A DNA stretch of 64,000 nucleotides from contig JAKACT010000007.1 in the NCBI GenBank assembly GCA_021821195.1, forward strand, positions 11,442 to 75,441, written 5' to 3'. Below are positions 50,417 through 62,100 of the stretch, in pieces. The position numbers were made by a program, and so were the translations under genes. The first letter of the stretch is position 1. Each line of letters starts with the position of its first letter. Under the pieces are notes generated by a model, which saw nothing but the letters and a program-made list of their open reading frames with translations, was not told the DNA's origin and ran no database searches. The stretch is from Pseudomonadota bacterium. Its GTDB lineage: Bacteria > Pseudomonadota > Gammaproteobacteria > Xanthomonadales > Xanthomonadaceae.

Positions 50417-51156
50417 GCGGCGGACAGGGTTTCGCCCATTCGCTGGGGCGCGCCAGGGCCTCGACCTGGCTGCTGGCCGCGGCCTGCGCCTGGGCGCTGC
50501 TGCTGTGGCTGGCGGCGGCGCTGGGCATGGGCACGCGGATCGAGCCGGCGCAGGCGGTGGCCCTTGGGGCGCTGCCGGCGCCCCCCGCGGCCGTCGGCGA
50601 GCGCCTCGGCCCGCTGGGGCAGTACGCAGAAGCGGCATCGCGCCCGCTGTTCACCCAGGATCGACGGCCGCGCGCCTTCCTTGCCGTCGCCCAGGGCGAG
50701 GGCGAGGGGAGCGGCGCGGCGCTGGATTTCATCCTCACCGGCGTGCTGATCAGCCCGCAGGTGCGGCTGGCGATCCTGCAGCCCAGCGGCGGCGGCGATT
50801 CGCAGCGCGTGCGCGAAGGCACGGCCCCGGAGGGCGCGGGCGACTGGCGGCTGCTGGAAGTGCGGCCGCGCGAGGCGCTGTTCGAAGGCCCGGGCGGGCA
50901 GGTGTCGCTGGAACTGCGCAGCTTCGGCGTGGCCGGAGAGCCTGGCGCGCGCGCAGGGACGCCCGTGCCATCGATGGTGCCGCCCCCGCCGCAGGAAGGC
51001 GTGCGCGATGCCGGCGATGCCGCACCCGACGAGGCGCGCAGGATCGAGGATATCCGCCGGCGCATCGAGGCGCGCCGTGCGCAGATGCGACAACAGGACC
51101 AGGACGCCGGCGACGGCGGTGGGCGCCCGCGCCCGCTGTCCGGACCGGCCCGATGA
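50413..51156 (+). CDS. xpsN: XpsN (GspC-like) type II secretion protein
   Basis: N-terminal TM, RPLF..DRRP, LTGVLISP, charged C-terminal coil; between xpsM and xpsD. Confidence 0.83.
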   Translation: MSGGQGFAHSLGRARASTWLLAAACAWALLLWLAAALGMGTRIEPAQAVALGALPAPPAAVGERLGPLGQYAEAASRPLFTQDRRPRAFLAVAQGEGEGSGAALDFILTGVLISPQVRLAILQPSGGGDSQRVREGTAPEGAGDWRLLEVRPREALFEGPGGQVSLELRSFGVAGEPGARAGTPVPSMVPPPPQEGVRDAGDAAPDEARRIEDIRRRIEARRAQMRQQDQDAGDGGGRPRPLSGPAR

Positions 51157-53336
51157 CGAAGGCAAAGCAGCCCATGAACCGAACGTTTCCCCGCGCGCCC
51201 CTGCGCCCCGTGCTGGTCGCCGTGCTGGCGGGGGTGCTGGCCGGTTGCGCCAGTGCGCCGCAGCCGCAGATGCACCGGGCCGCGCAAGCGGCCGGCCAGC
51301 AGGCCGATGCCACGGCCGGCGCCGACATCCGCCGCGAGGTGCTGCAGGAACTGGGCGGCGATGCGCCGCAGCCGGTGATCCGCCGTGCCACCAGCGCGCC
51401 GATCAACCAGACCGTGGCCAGCGCGCCGCCGCCATCGCTGGCCAGCAGCGGCGAAGCCAGCTTCAACTTCGAAGGTGAGTCGCTGCACGCGGTGGTCAAG
51501 GCCATCCTCGGCGACATGCTCGGCCAGAGCTACAGCATCGCGCCGGGCGTGCAGGGCACCGTCACCGTCGCCACCCAGAAGCCGGTCGGCGCGGCCGGCG
51601 CGCTGGGCCTGCTGGACCAGGTGCTGGCGCAGAACGGCGCGCGCATGGTCTACAGCGACGGCCGCTACAACATCGTCCCGGCCGACCAGGCGCTGCAGAG
51701 CGGGGTGGTGCCGCGGACCGGTTCGCCGGCGCTGGCGCGCGGCTTCGAGTCGCGGGTGGTGCCGTTGCGCCACGTCTCCGCGCTGGAGATGGAAAAGATC
51801 CTCAAGCCGTACGCGCGGCAGGGCTCGATCGTCAGCATCGACGGCGCACGCAACCTGATCACGGTCGCCGGCACCCGCGCCGAGCTGGAGAACTACCTGC
51901 GCACCATCCAGGTGTTCGACGTCGACTGGATGGCCAGCATGTCGGTGGGCGTGTTCCCGTTGCAGTCGGGCCGCGCCAGCGACGTGGTGCAGGACCTGGA
52001 GCGGGTGTTCGGCGCGCAGGCCAACACCCCCGTCGCCGGCATGTTCCGCTTCATGCCGCTGGAATCCACCAACGCGGTGATGGTGATCACCGCCCAGCCC
52101 GCCCACCTCGACGAGATCCGCCAGTGGATCGACCGCATCGAAGGCGGCAGCGGCGACGGCAGGCTGTTCGCCTACGAGCTGAAGTACATCAAGGCGCGCG
52201 ACCTGGCCGACCGGTTGGGCGAGGTGTTCGGCGGCTCCGCGGCCGGCGGCCGCGGCGAGCCCGCGCTGATGCCGGGGCTGCAGGCCGGCGAGCTGCGCGA
52301 TCGCGGCGACGATGCCGGTGGCCGCACGGGCGGCGAGGCAGGCGGTCTCGGTGAAGGCGCCAGCCTGCCGCAGGCCGGCAGCGGCAATGGCCGGGTGACC
52401 CTGGAGATCGACGGCAGCGAAGTGGGCGTCTCGGCGGTGGAGGACACCAATTCGCTGCTGGTGCGCGCCAGTCCCGCGCAGTGGAAATCGATCCGCCAGG
52501 TGATCGAACGCCTCGACGTGATGCCGATGCAGGTGCACATCGAGGCGCAGGTGCTGAGCGTGGCGCTGAAGGGTGAGCTGCAGTACGGGGTGAGCTGGTT
52601 CTTCGACCAGGCGGTGGCGGACAAGGGGCTGCCGCTGCCCACCGGCCGCAACAGCTGGGGCACGCATGCCGGCAGCGTCAGCGCGCTGCCCAGCGGCGCC
52701 GGCAACCTGCTCAGCTGGACCTTCCTCGGCAGCAGCGCCGCGGCCATCGTGCAGGCGCTGGACAACGTCACCGACGTGCGCACCCTGTCGTCGCCGTCGG
52801 TGATGGCGCAGAACAACCGCGAGGCGGTGCTGAACGTCGGCCAGAAGATCCCGGTGGCCTCGGTCAGCTTCAATCCGCAGACCGGCGGCGACACCGGCAC
52901 CTACAGCCAGGTGCAGTACCTCGACACCGGCATCATCCTGAAGGTGCGTCCGCGCATCAGCCGCGACGGCATGGTGTTCCTCGACATCGTGCAGGAAGTC
53001 AGCAAGCCCACCGGGATCGCCGACAAGTTCGGCAACGTCCGCATCGACACCAGCAAGGTCACCACCAGCGCGGTGGCGACCAGCGGCGAAACCGTGGTGC
53101 TGGCCGGCCTGATCAGCGAAGGCAGCGGGAGCAACTCCAGCGGCGTACCGGGGCTCAGCCGGATCCCGGTGCTGGGTGGCCTGTTCGGCACGCAGGGCAA
53201 GAGCAAGAACCGCGACGAACTGGTGGTGCTGATCACGCCCACGGTGGTGCGCAGCCCGCAGGAAGCGCGCGCGCTGACCGACGAATACGGCAGCCGCTTC
53301 CGCGCGCTGGAACCGATCTACAAGCCGAAGAAGTGA
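51153..53336 (+). CDS. gspD: Secretin GspD/XpsD (lipoprotein type)
   Basis: Lipobox LAGC, FNFEGESL, QVHIEAQV, YLDTGIILKVRPRI, PGLSRIPVLGGLFG; start 51153 or 51174. Confidence 0.96.
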   Translation: MTKAKQPMNRTFPRAPLRPVLVAVLAGVLAGCASAPQPQMHRAAQAAGQQADATAGADIRREVLQELGGDAPQPVIRRATSAPINQTVASAPPPSLASSGEASFNFEGESLHAVVKAILGDMLGQSYSIAPGVQGTVTVATQKPVGAAGALGLLDQVLAQNGARMVYSDGRYNIVPADQALQSGVVPRTGSPALARGFESRVVPLRHVSALEMEKILKPYARQGSIVSIDGARNLITVAGTRAELENYLRTIQVFDVDWMASMSVGVFPLQSGRASDVVQDLERVFGAQANTPVAGMFRFMPLESTNAVMVITAQPAHLDEIRQWIDRIEGGSGDGRLFAYELKYIKARDLADRLGEVFGGSAAGGRGEPALMPGLQAGELRDRGDDAGGRTGGEAGGLGEGASLPQAGSGNGRVTLEIDGSEVGVSAVEDTNSLLVRASPAQWKSIRQVIERLDVMPMQVHIEAQVLSVALKGELQYGVSWFFDQAVADKGLPLPTGRNSWGTHAGSVSALPSGAGNLLSWTFLGSSAAAIVQALDNVTDVRTLSSPSVMAQNNREAVLNVGQKIPVASVSFNPQTGGDTGTYSQVQYLDTGIILKVRPRISRDGMVFLDIVQEVSKPTGIADKFGNVRIDTSKVTTSAVATSGETVVLAGLISEGSGSNSSGVPGLSRIPVLGGLFGTQGKSKNRDELVVLITPTVVRSPQEARALTDEYGSRFRALEPIYKPKK

Positions 53337-54187
53337 GCCGCAGCGATCCCGCCCTGCCGATCGTGCTGGTGCCGGTGGGCACCGACGAGGACGCACTCGA
53401 CGCCTGCCTGGCCGCACTCGATGCCGGCACGCCCGCCGGCACGCGGGTGTGGCTGGCGGACAACGCCCAGGCCGGGCCGCGCGGCGTCGCCCTCATCGAA
53501 GGCTGGCTGGCGCGCACCCGCCTGCAGGCCGCGCATACCCGCCGCGCCGCGCCACTGGGCGAAGCAGCGCACATGGACGAGGCGCTGCGCGCCTGCGCCG
53601 ACGCCGACGTGGCGGTGCTGGCCAGCGACGCGGCGCCGGCCCCGGGCTGGCTGGAGCGGCTGGCCGAGTGCCTGGCGCGCGATCCGGCGATCGCCAGCGC
53701 CACCCCGTGGAGCAATGCCGGCGAGGCGGCCGCGTGGCCGCGGATCGGCGAGATCACCGCACTGGAATACCCGCCGTCGCTGCTGGCCCAGGCCTGCGCG
53801 CTGCTGCCGCCGGTGCATCCCGACCTGCCGGCCGCGGTGGGCCATGCGGTGCTGCTGCGCGGACGCGCCCGCGTGCAGGCAGGCGGGCTGGACGCCGCCA
53901 GCTATCGTTCCTGGTATGCGGCCTTGATCGACCTGAGCCTGCGCATGGCCGGGCTGGGCGGACGCAACGTGCTGTGCGAAACCGCCTTCGTGGTGCGCGC
54001 TGCCGAAGGTGCGCCGCGCGAGGGCGACATGGACGCCCTGTGCGCGCGCTGGCCGGCCTGGCACGCGCGCATCGCCCACTGCCTGATGGACGACCCGCAG
54101 CGCGCGTTGCGGACCCGGCTGGGCGAGGAGCTGGCGCAGCTGGCGCGCCTGCCGCCGCAGGCCGATTTGTTCGCGGGCGCCACGTGA
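53333..54187 (+). CDS. Degenerate GT2-fold glycosyltransferase-like protein
   Basis: GT-A layout (IVLVPVG, WLADNA, LASDAAPAPGWL, ATPWSN) but canonical DxD and ED motifs eroded; overlaps the gspD stop. Confidence 0.7.
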   Translation: MSRSDPALPIVLVPVGTDEDALDACLAALDAGTPAGTRVWLADNAQAGPRGVALIEGWLARTRLQAAHTRRAAPLGEAAHMDEALRACADADVAVLASDAAPAPGWLERLAECLARDPAIASATPWSNAGEAAAWPRIGEITALEYPPSLLAQACALLPPVHPDLPAAVGHAVLLRGRARVQAGGLDAASYRSWYAALIDLSLRMAGLGGRNVLCETAFVVRAAEGAPREGDMDALCARWPAWHARIAHCLMDDPQRALRTRLGEELAQLARLPPQADLFAGAT

Positions 54188-55020
54188 GCGACGGCGGCAT
54201 CGCCGTGGTGGTGGTCGCCTACAACAGCGAGGAGACCCTGGACGAATGCCTGGCGCGGCTGCGCGCGGCGCAGGGCGTGGAGGAGATCCGCGTGGTCGAC
54301 AACGCCTCGCGCGATGCCGGCATCGACATCGTGCAGCGCCACGCGCTGGCCGATGCGCGGCTGCGCTTCATCGCCAATCCCGACAACCCCGGCTTCGCGG
54401 TGGCCTGCAACCAGGGCGCGGCGGCCAGCACCGCGCCGTGGCTGGCATTCGTGAACCCGGATTGCTTCATCGAAGCGGACACGCTGGCGCGGCTGCGAGA
54501 GGCCGCCGCCAGCCAGGGCGACGCGCTGGTGGGCGGCGTGATGCGCGGCGAGGACGGCGCGCTGGACGCCGCCGCGCGCCGGCGCGACCCGGACTTCGCG
54601 GCGATGCTGCGTTCCCGCCGCGCGCGCGAACTGTCCATCCCGCGCGATCCGGCCGCGCCGCTGCAGCCGGTGGACGCGGTATCGGGCGCGCTGATGGTGC
54701 TGCCCCGTTCGCTGTTCGCGCGCATTGGCGGCTTCGACGAAGGCTACCGGCTGCATGCCGAAGACCTCGATCTTTGCAGGCGGGTGCGCCAGGCCGGCGC
54801 GATGGTCGCCGTCGCCAACGAAGCGGAAGTGCTGCACGTGCGCGGGGTGTCGTCGCGCGCGCGGCCGCTGTTCGTGGAGTGGCACAAGCACCGCGGCCTG
54901 TGGCGGTACTTCCGCAGGTTCGAAGCCGCGCGCCGCGGCCGCATCACCCGGATGGCGGTGTTCGCGATGATCTGGGGGCGCTTTCCGCTGGCGGCGCTGC
55001 GGGCTGCGCTGCGCCGATAG
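54184..55020 (+). CDS. Glycosyltransferase family 2 (WbbL/rhamnosyltransferase-like)
   Basis: VVVAYNS, VVDNAS, NPGFAVACNQG, FVNPD, VSGALM, GGFDEGY..HAEDLDLC. Confidence 0.9.
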   Translation: MSDGGIAVVVVAYNSEETLDECLARLRAAQGVEEIRVVDNASRDAGIDIVQRHALADARLRFIANPDNPGFAVACNQGAAASTAPWLAFVNPDCFIEADTLARLREAAASQGDALVGGVMRGEDGALDAAARRRDPDFAAMLRSRRARELSIPRDPAAPLQPVDAVSGALMVLPRSLFARIGGFDEGYRLHAEDLDLCRRVRQAGAMVAVANEAEVLHVRGVSSRARPLFVEWHKHRGLWRYFRRFEAARRGRITRMAVFAMIWGRFPLAALRAALRR

Positions 55021-55130
55021 ACCGGCGATGCCCGTCGTTCTTTCCGCAGCAGCGCACCGCAGGGGCGCGACCGATTTCGCGGAATCGGATCAAACGCATC
55101 GCGCCCTTTCAGTGCGCCTGCGGGGAGCGT

Positions 55131-55952
55131 TTATGGCGAGCGGTAGCGGTTGATCTGATCGCGCAGCGACCTTGCCGCGCCGGCCGCCGCTTCCGCATAG
55201 CCCTCGCCGCGCGAGGCGTAGAGGATGCCGCGCGAGGAGTTGATCATCAGCCCGCTGCCGTCGGCGCTGCGGCCGTTGCGCACCACCGCCTCGACGTCGC
55301 CGCCTTGCGCGCCCACGCCGGGGATCAGCAGCGGCATGTCGCCTACGATCCCGCGGATCACGGCGAGCTCTTCCGGGAAGGTCGCACCCACCACCAGCGC
55401 GCAGTTGCCATCGCCGTTCCACTCACCGGCGATGGCGCGGGCGATGTGCTGGTACAGCGGCGCGCCGTCCACCAGCAGCTCCTGGAAGTCGCGCGCGCCG
55501 GGGTTGGAGGTGTGGCAGAGGAACACGCAGCCGCGGTCGTTGTACTGCAGGAACGGATCGGCGGAGTCGCGCCCCATGTACGGGTTCAGCGTCACCGCAT
55601 CCGCACCGAAACGCTCGAACGCTTCGCAGGCGTACTGCCGGGCGGTGCTGCCGATATCGCCGCGCTTGGCGTCGAGGATCACCGGCACGTCCGGGTGCGC
55701 GCCGTTGAGGTGGGCGATCAGCCGCTGCAGCTGCGCCTCGCCGTCGTTGTGGGCGGCGAAGTAGGCGATCTGCGGCTTGAACGCGCAGGCGTACTCCGCG
55801 GTGGCATCGGCGATGTCGCGGCAGAAGGCGAACAGCGCGTCCGGATCGTCGACGAAGCGGTCCGGGAACTTCGCCGGGTCGGGATCGAGGCCGACGCAGA
55901 GCAGGGTGTCGGCGTCGCGCCAGCGGGCGCGCAGTTTGTCGATGAAGCCCAT
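55131..55952 (-). CDS. pyrF: Orotidine-5'-phosphate decarboxylase, subfamily 2
   Basis: [47 protein letters not shown]. Confidence 0.95.
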   Translation of the reverse strand: MGFIDKLRARWRDADTLLCVGLDPDPAKFPDRFVDDPDALFAFCRDIADATAEYACAFKPQIAYFAAHNDGEAQLQRLIAHLNGAHPDVPVILDAKRGDIGSTARQYACEAFERFGADAVTLNPYMGRDSADPFLQYNDRGCVFLCHTSNPGARDFQELLVDGAPLYQHIARAIAGEWNGDGNCALVVGATFPEELAVIRGIVGDMPLLIPGVGAQGGDVEAVVRNGRSADGSGLMINSSRGILYASRGEGYAEAAAGAARSLRDQINRYRSP

Positions 55953-56006
55953 GGTGTCCTCCTCCTGCATGCAGCGACGCCCACGTTGCCGTGGGCGTCC
56001 GGGCCG

Positions 56007-57671
<1,665 letters not shown>

Positions 57672-57849
57672 GCGCGCTCCGGGCGTACGACGACGGCCTG
57701 CGCCGGGGAGGCAGGCCGCGAGGATGATTCGGGAAGCGGCGATTATAGCGCCTGGCCGGGTGGGCTTCCGGCCCCGGCGGAACCCCCGCGGCAGAGGTTG
57801 CCGGGGGATCCTGGCCAGGCAGGTAGTGGTCGAATTGGCGGAGAAGGGA

Positions 57850-58980
57850 ATGCACGCGAAACATTGCAGCTGGCTGCTACTGGCGGCTCTACCAGCCTTG
57901 GCTTGGGGGATGCGGGCCGGTGGCGGCGACACGTTTGCACACAAGGATTGGCAGCTGGCCTGCGACAACACCCGCACCTGCCGCGCTGCCGGCTACCAGG
58001 AGGAGGGTGGCGAGCATGCGGTTTCGGTGCTGCTGACGCGGCCTGCCGGGCCGTGGGCCGCGGTTACTGGGCAGCTACGGTTGGGCGATTTCAACGAAGG
58101 AGACCAGGCGTGGATGGCGGCGCTGCCGGAGCGGGCGTCCGTCGGGCTATGGATCGATGGCCAGCGGGTGGGCGCGCTGGCGCTGGACAAGGGGCTTTCT
58201 TCCGCCGACCTGCCGCCGCCGCTGGTCGACGCCCTGCTGGCAGCGCTGCGGCGCGACGGCAGGATCGAATGGCGGAGTGGCGATGTTGCGTGGCGTCTCT
58301 CCGGCGCGGGCGCCAGCGCGGTGTTGTTGAAGATGGACGAGGTGCAGGGGCGGCTGGGGACGCCCGGCGCGCTGGTGCGGCGTGGCAAGCGCGATGAAGC
58401 CTTGGTGTTGCCGCCGCTGCCGGCGCCGGTCGTGCAGGCCGCGGCGGTGCCGGAGGCGAAGGCGGGCACGGTCCTGGCGCCAGCGCAGGCCAGCGCGATG
58501 CGCGCCCGCTTGCGTGGAAGCGCGGGCGCGAGTGATGACTGCGAGGCGCTGGCCGTGGCGACGGCTGGGGACGTCGCCAACACCGATGCCGAGTCCATCA
58601 CCGCCTGGCCGCTGTCATCGACCCAGCAGCTGGTGGAAGCGCGCTGCTGGCTGGCGGCTTACAACGTCGGCTATGGCTACTGGGTGGTGGCGGACGGGCA
58701 GGCGCCGGTGCAAGTCACCGACATCGGCAGCGAGTACGACGGCAACGGCACCATCACTTCGGTGCAGAAGGGGCGCGGACTCTTCGACTGTGGCTGGAGC
58801 GAAACCTGGACCTGGGATGGCAGGGCGTTCGTGCACACCGATTCCAGTGGCGACGGCATGTGCCGGACGGTTTCGATCGCCGGCGCGTGGGCGCTGCCCA
58901 CCTGGGTGGCGGAGGTGCGCCCGCCTGCACGCCGAGGGGAGGGGGCGGACGGCCCGGTGCCGGCGGGGGGAACCCGTTAG
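57850..58980 (+). CDS. DUF1176-like secreted protein
   Basis: Signal peptide, [39 protein letters not shown]...WTWDGRAF. Confidence 0.8.
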   Translation: MHAKHCSWLLLAALPALAWGMRAGGGDTFAHKDWQLACDNTRTCRAAGYQEEGGEHAVSVLLTRPAGPWAAVTGQLRLGDFNEGDQAWMAALPERASVGLWIDGQRVGALALDKGLSSADLPPPLVDALLAALRRDGRIEWRSGDVAWRLSGAGASAVLLKMDEVQGRLGTPGALVRRGKRDEALVLPPLPAPVVQAAAVPEAKAGTVLAPAQASAMRARLRGSAGASDDCEALAVATAGDVANTDAESITAWPLSSTQQLVEARCWLAAYNVGYGYWVVADGQAPVQVTDIGSEYDGNGTITSVQKGRGLFDCGWSETWTWDGRAFVHTDSSGDGMCRTVSIAGAWALPTWVAEVRPPARRGEGADGPVPAGGTR

Positions 58981-59018
58981 AATCCAATTTCCCCACACCC
59001 TCCCCCCGGAGCCGCCCG

Positions 59019-60287
59019 ATGTTCTCCCGTGCCGACACGCTTGCTGCTTTTGACCCCGAACTGGCCAAGGCCATCGCCGCCGAGGATCGACGCCAGGAAG
59101 ACCACGTCGAGCTGATCGCCTCCGAGAACTACGCCAGCCCGCGGGTGATGGAAGCGCAGGGCAGCCAGATGACCAACAAGTACGCCGAGGGCTACCCGGG
59201 CAAGCGTTATTACGGCGGCTGCGAGTACGTGGACATCGCCGAACAGCTGGCGATCGACCGCCTGAAGCAGCTGTACGGCGCCGACTACGCCAACGTGCAG
59301 CCGCACTCCGGCTCGCAGGCCAACCAGGCGGTGTACTTCGCGCTGCTGCAGCCCGGCGACACCATCCTCGGCATGTCGCTGGCGCACGGCGGCCACCTGA
59401 CCCACGGCGCCAAGGTCAACGCCTCGGGCAAGCTGTTCAACGCGGTGCAATACGGCGTCAACGACGAGGGCCTGATCGACTACGACGAAGTCGAGCGGCT
59501 GGCGCTGGAGCACAAGCCGAAGATGGTGGTGGCCGGTTTCTCCGCCTACTCGCAGGTGGTGGACTGGGCGCGCTTCCGCGCCATCGCCGACAAGGTCGGC
59601 GCCTACCTGTTCGTGGACATGGCGCACGTGGCCGGCCTGGTCGCCGCCGGCGTGTACCCGAGCCCGCTGCCGCACGCGCACGTGGTGACCTCCACCACCC
59701 ACAAGACCCTGCGCGGCCCGCGCGGCGGCATCATCATCGCCAGCCGCGCCGCGATGGGCGAGCAGGCCGAGGAAATCGAGAAGAAGCTGCAGTCGATCGT
59801 GTTCCCCGGCATCCAGGGCGGCCCGCTGATGCACGTGATCGCGGCCAAGGCGGTGGCGTTCAAGGAGGCGCTGGAGCCGGCGTTCAAGGACTACCAGCAG
59901 CAGGTGGTGAAGAACGCGCAGGCGATGGCGAAGGTCATCATTGCCCGCGGCTACAAGATCGTTTCCGGCGGCACCCAGAACCACCTGATGCTGGTCGACA
60001 TGATCGGCAAGGACGTCTCCGGCAAGCAGGCCGAGGAGGCGCTGGGCAAGGCGCACATCACCGTCAACAAGAACTCGGTGCCGAACGACCCGCGCAAGCC
60101 CTTCGTCACCTCCGGCCTGCGCATCGGCACCCCGGCGGTCACCACCCGCGGCTACAAGGAAGCCGACTGCGTGGCGCTGGCCGAGTGGATCTGCGACGTG
60201 CTGGACAACCCGAACGACGAGAACGTGATCGCCGGCGTGCGCGCGAACGTCGAGAAGCAGTGCAAGCAGTTCCCGGTGTATGGCTGA
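59019..60287 (+). CDS. glyA: Serine hydroxymethyltransferase
   Basis: [30 protein letters not shown] lysine motif [14 protein letters not shown]. Confidence 0.99.
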   Translation: MFSRADTLAAFDPELAKAIAAEDRRQEDHVELIASENYASPRVMEAQGSQMTNKYAEGYPGKRYYGGCEYVDIAEQLAIDRLKQLYGADYANVQPHSGSQANQAVYFALLQPGDTILGMSLAHGGHLTHGAKVNASGKLFNAVQYGVNDEGLIDYDEVERLALEHKPKMVVAGFSAYSQVVDWARFRAIADKVGAYLFVDMAHVAGLVAAGVYPSPLPHAHVVTSTTHKTLRGPRGGIIIASRAAMGEQAEEIEKKLQSIVFPGIQGGPLMHVIAAKAVAFKEALEPAFKDYQQQVVKNAQAMAKVIIARGYKIVSGGTQNHLMLVDMIGKDVSGKQAEEALGKAHITVNKNSVPNDPRKPFVTSGLRIGTPAVTTRGYKEADCVALAEWICDVLDNPNDENVIAGVRANVEKQCKQFPVYG

Positions 60288-60324
60288 GCACGGGCAGCGG
60301 GCCAACACCGCCCGTTCCTGACGT

Positions 60325-60879
60325 ATGCACTGTCCCTTCTGCCAGCACAGCGATACCCGCGTGATCGACTCGCGGGTATCGGAGGATGGCGCCACGATCC
60401 GCCGCCGCCGCGTCTGTGAGGCCTGCGGCGAGCGCTTCTCCACCCTCGAGACCATCGAGCTGAAGCTGCCGGCCATCGTCAAGTCCGATGGCCGTCGCGA
60501 AGCCTTCGATGCGCGCAAGCTGCGCACCAGCTTCGACCGGGCGCTGCAGAAGCGGCCGGTCTCCGAGGAGCAGATCGAGGCCGCGGTGCGGGCGGTCGTG
60601 CACCAGCTGCGGATGGCCGCCGAGCGCGAGATCCCGGCGCGCCGCGTCGGCGAGTTCGTGATGGCCGAGCTGCGCAAGCTCGACCACGTCGGCTACGTGC
60701 GCTTCGCCTCGGTCTATCGCAGCTTCGAGGACGTGGCCGACTTCCGCGAGGAACTGGACCGCCTGGAGCGCGATCTTCCCGGCGAGGGCCAGTTGCCGCT
60801 GCTGGAAGAGGGGAGGAAGGGTGCGGAGCTGTTTTCCCCGCGCGGGCCTGCGAAGCCGGGCAAGGACAAGGACAAGTGA
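60325..60879 (+). CDS. nrdR: Transcriptional repressor NrdR
   Basis: MHCPFC...[15 protein letters not shown] zinc ribbon, ATP cone, [11 protein letters not shown]. Confidence 0.98.
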   Translation: MHCPFCQHSDTRVIDSRVSEDGATIRRRRVCEACGERFSTLETIELKLPAIVKSDGRREAFDARKLRTSFDRALQKRPVSEEQIEAAVRAVVHQLRMAAEREIPARRVGEFVMAELRKLDHVGYVRFASVYRSFEDVADFREELDRLERDLPGEGQLPLLEEGRKGAELFSPRGPAKPGKDKDK

Positions 60880-61982
60880 CTCCGACCTCCTTTTCGTTTT
60901 CCTCCACCGACCACGCGCTGATGGCGCGCGCGTTGCGCCTGGCCGAACGCGGCGCGTACACGGCGCGGCCCAACCCCATGGTGGGCTGCGTCATCGCCCG
61001 CGATGGCGAGGTGGTCGGCGAGGGCTGGCACCAGCGCAAGGGCGGGCCGCATGCGGAGGTGTTCGCGCTGGAGGCCGCCGGCGACCGCGCGCGCGGCGCC
61101 ACCGCGTACGTCAGCCTGGAGCCGTGCGCGCACCATGGCAGCACGCCGCCGTGCGCAGGGGCGCTGGTGGCGGCCGGGGTGGCGCGGGTGGTCGCGGCCA
61201 TGCGCGATCCGTTCCCGTCGGTGGACGGCGCCGGTTTCGAGCGCCTGCAGGCGGCCGGGATCGTGGTCGAACACGGCTTGATGGAAGCGCAGGCGCGCGA
61301 ACTCAACCGCGGCTTCCTGGCCCGTGTCGAGCGCGGCCGGCCGTGGCTGCGGGTCAAGCTGGCGACCAGCCTGGACGGCCGCACCGCGATGGCCTCCGGC
61401 GATTCCAAGTGGATCAGCGGCGAGGCTTCGCGCCACGACGTGCAGCGCTGGCGTGCGCGCAGCGGCGCGCTGCTGACCGGTGCCGGCACCGTGCTGGCCG
61501 ACGACCCGCAGCTCACCGTGCGGCTGGAGGATGGCAGCGACTTCCTGCCACCGCTGCGGGTGGTGCTGGACCCCGGCCTGGCCACCGTGGCGCGCGGCCG
61601 CGTGCGCGAAGGCGATGCGCCCACCCTGTACATCCACTCGCCGGATGCCCGGCTGCCGCGCGGGCTGGAGATCGACCACGTCGCGGTACCGGCGCAGGGC
61701 ACCCGTTTCGACCTCGACGCGGTGCTGCAGCTGCTGGCCACGCGCGGCATTAACGAGGTGCAGCTGGAGGCGGGCGCCACCCTGGCCGGCGCCTTCCTCG
61801 ATGCCGGGCTGGTCGACGAACTGCTGCTGTACGTGGCGCCGGTGCTGCTGGGCCCGCGCGCGCGCCCGCTGTTCGACGGCCTGCACATTGACGCGATGGC
61901 GCAGCGGCTGGAGATGCGGCGCATCGAAAGCACCGTGGTGGGCGAGGATCTGCGCCTGCTGCTGCGCCCGGGGAACGACTGA
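60876..61982 (+). CDS. ribD: Bifunctional riboflavin deaminase/reductase
   Basis: [40 protein letters not shown]. Confidence 0.97.
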   Translation: MTPTSFSFSSTDHALMARALRLAERGAYTARPNPMVGCVIARDGEVVGEGWHQRKGGPHAEVFALEAAGDRARGATAYVSLEPCAHHGSTPPCAGALVAAGVARVVAAMRDPFPSVDGAGFERLQAAGIVVEHGLMEAQARELNRGFLARVERGRPWLRVKLATSLDGRTAMASGDSKWISGEASRHDVQRWRARSGALLTGAGTVLADDPQLTVRLEDGSDFLPPLRVVLDPGLATVARGRVREGDAPTLYIHSPDARLPRGLEIDHVAVPAQGTRFDLDAVLQLLATRGINEVQLEAGATLAGAFLDAGLVDELLLYVAPVLLGPRARPLFDGLHIDAMAQRLEMRRIESTVVGEDLRLLLRPGND

Positions 61983-62100
61983 GGCGCGATGGCGGCTGGC
62001 ATGCCCCCCTTCCGGGGGCGCCGGTGGTCGTGGAGAATGTGCCCGCGCACTGCGTCTGCTTGCGCCGGACTCCGGCGCGTCGTCTCCAAGGGGAAAATCA

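Noticed and set aside
42897-53336. T2SS as a novel secretion system, or as incomplete because gspC/gspO are missing
   Set aside because: Standard Xps organisation; XpsN fills the GspC role and the prepilin peptidase is normally shared with type IV pili
55021-55130. Nested imperfect hairpins between the GT2 gene and pyrF
   Set aside because: Imperfect GC-rich stems between convergent genes; best explained as a termination or stability structure or chance
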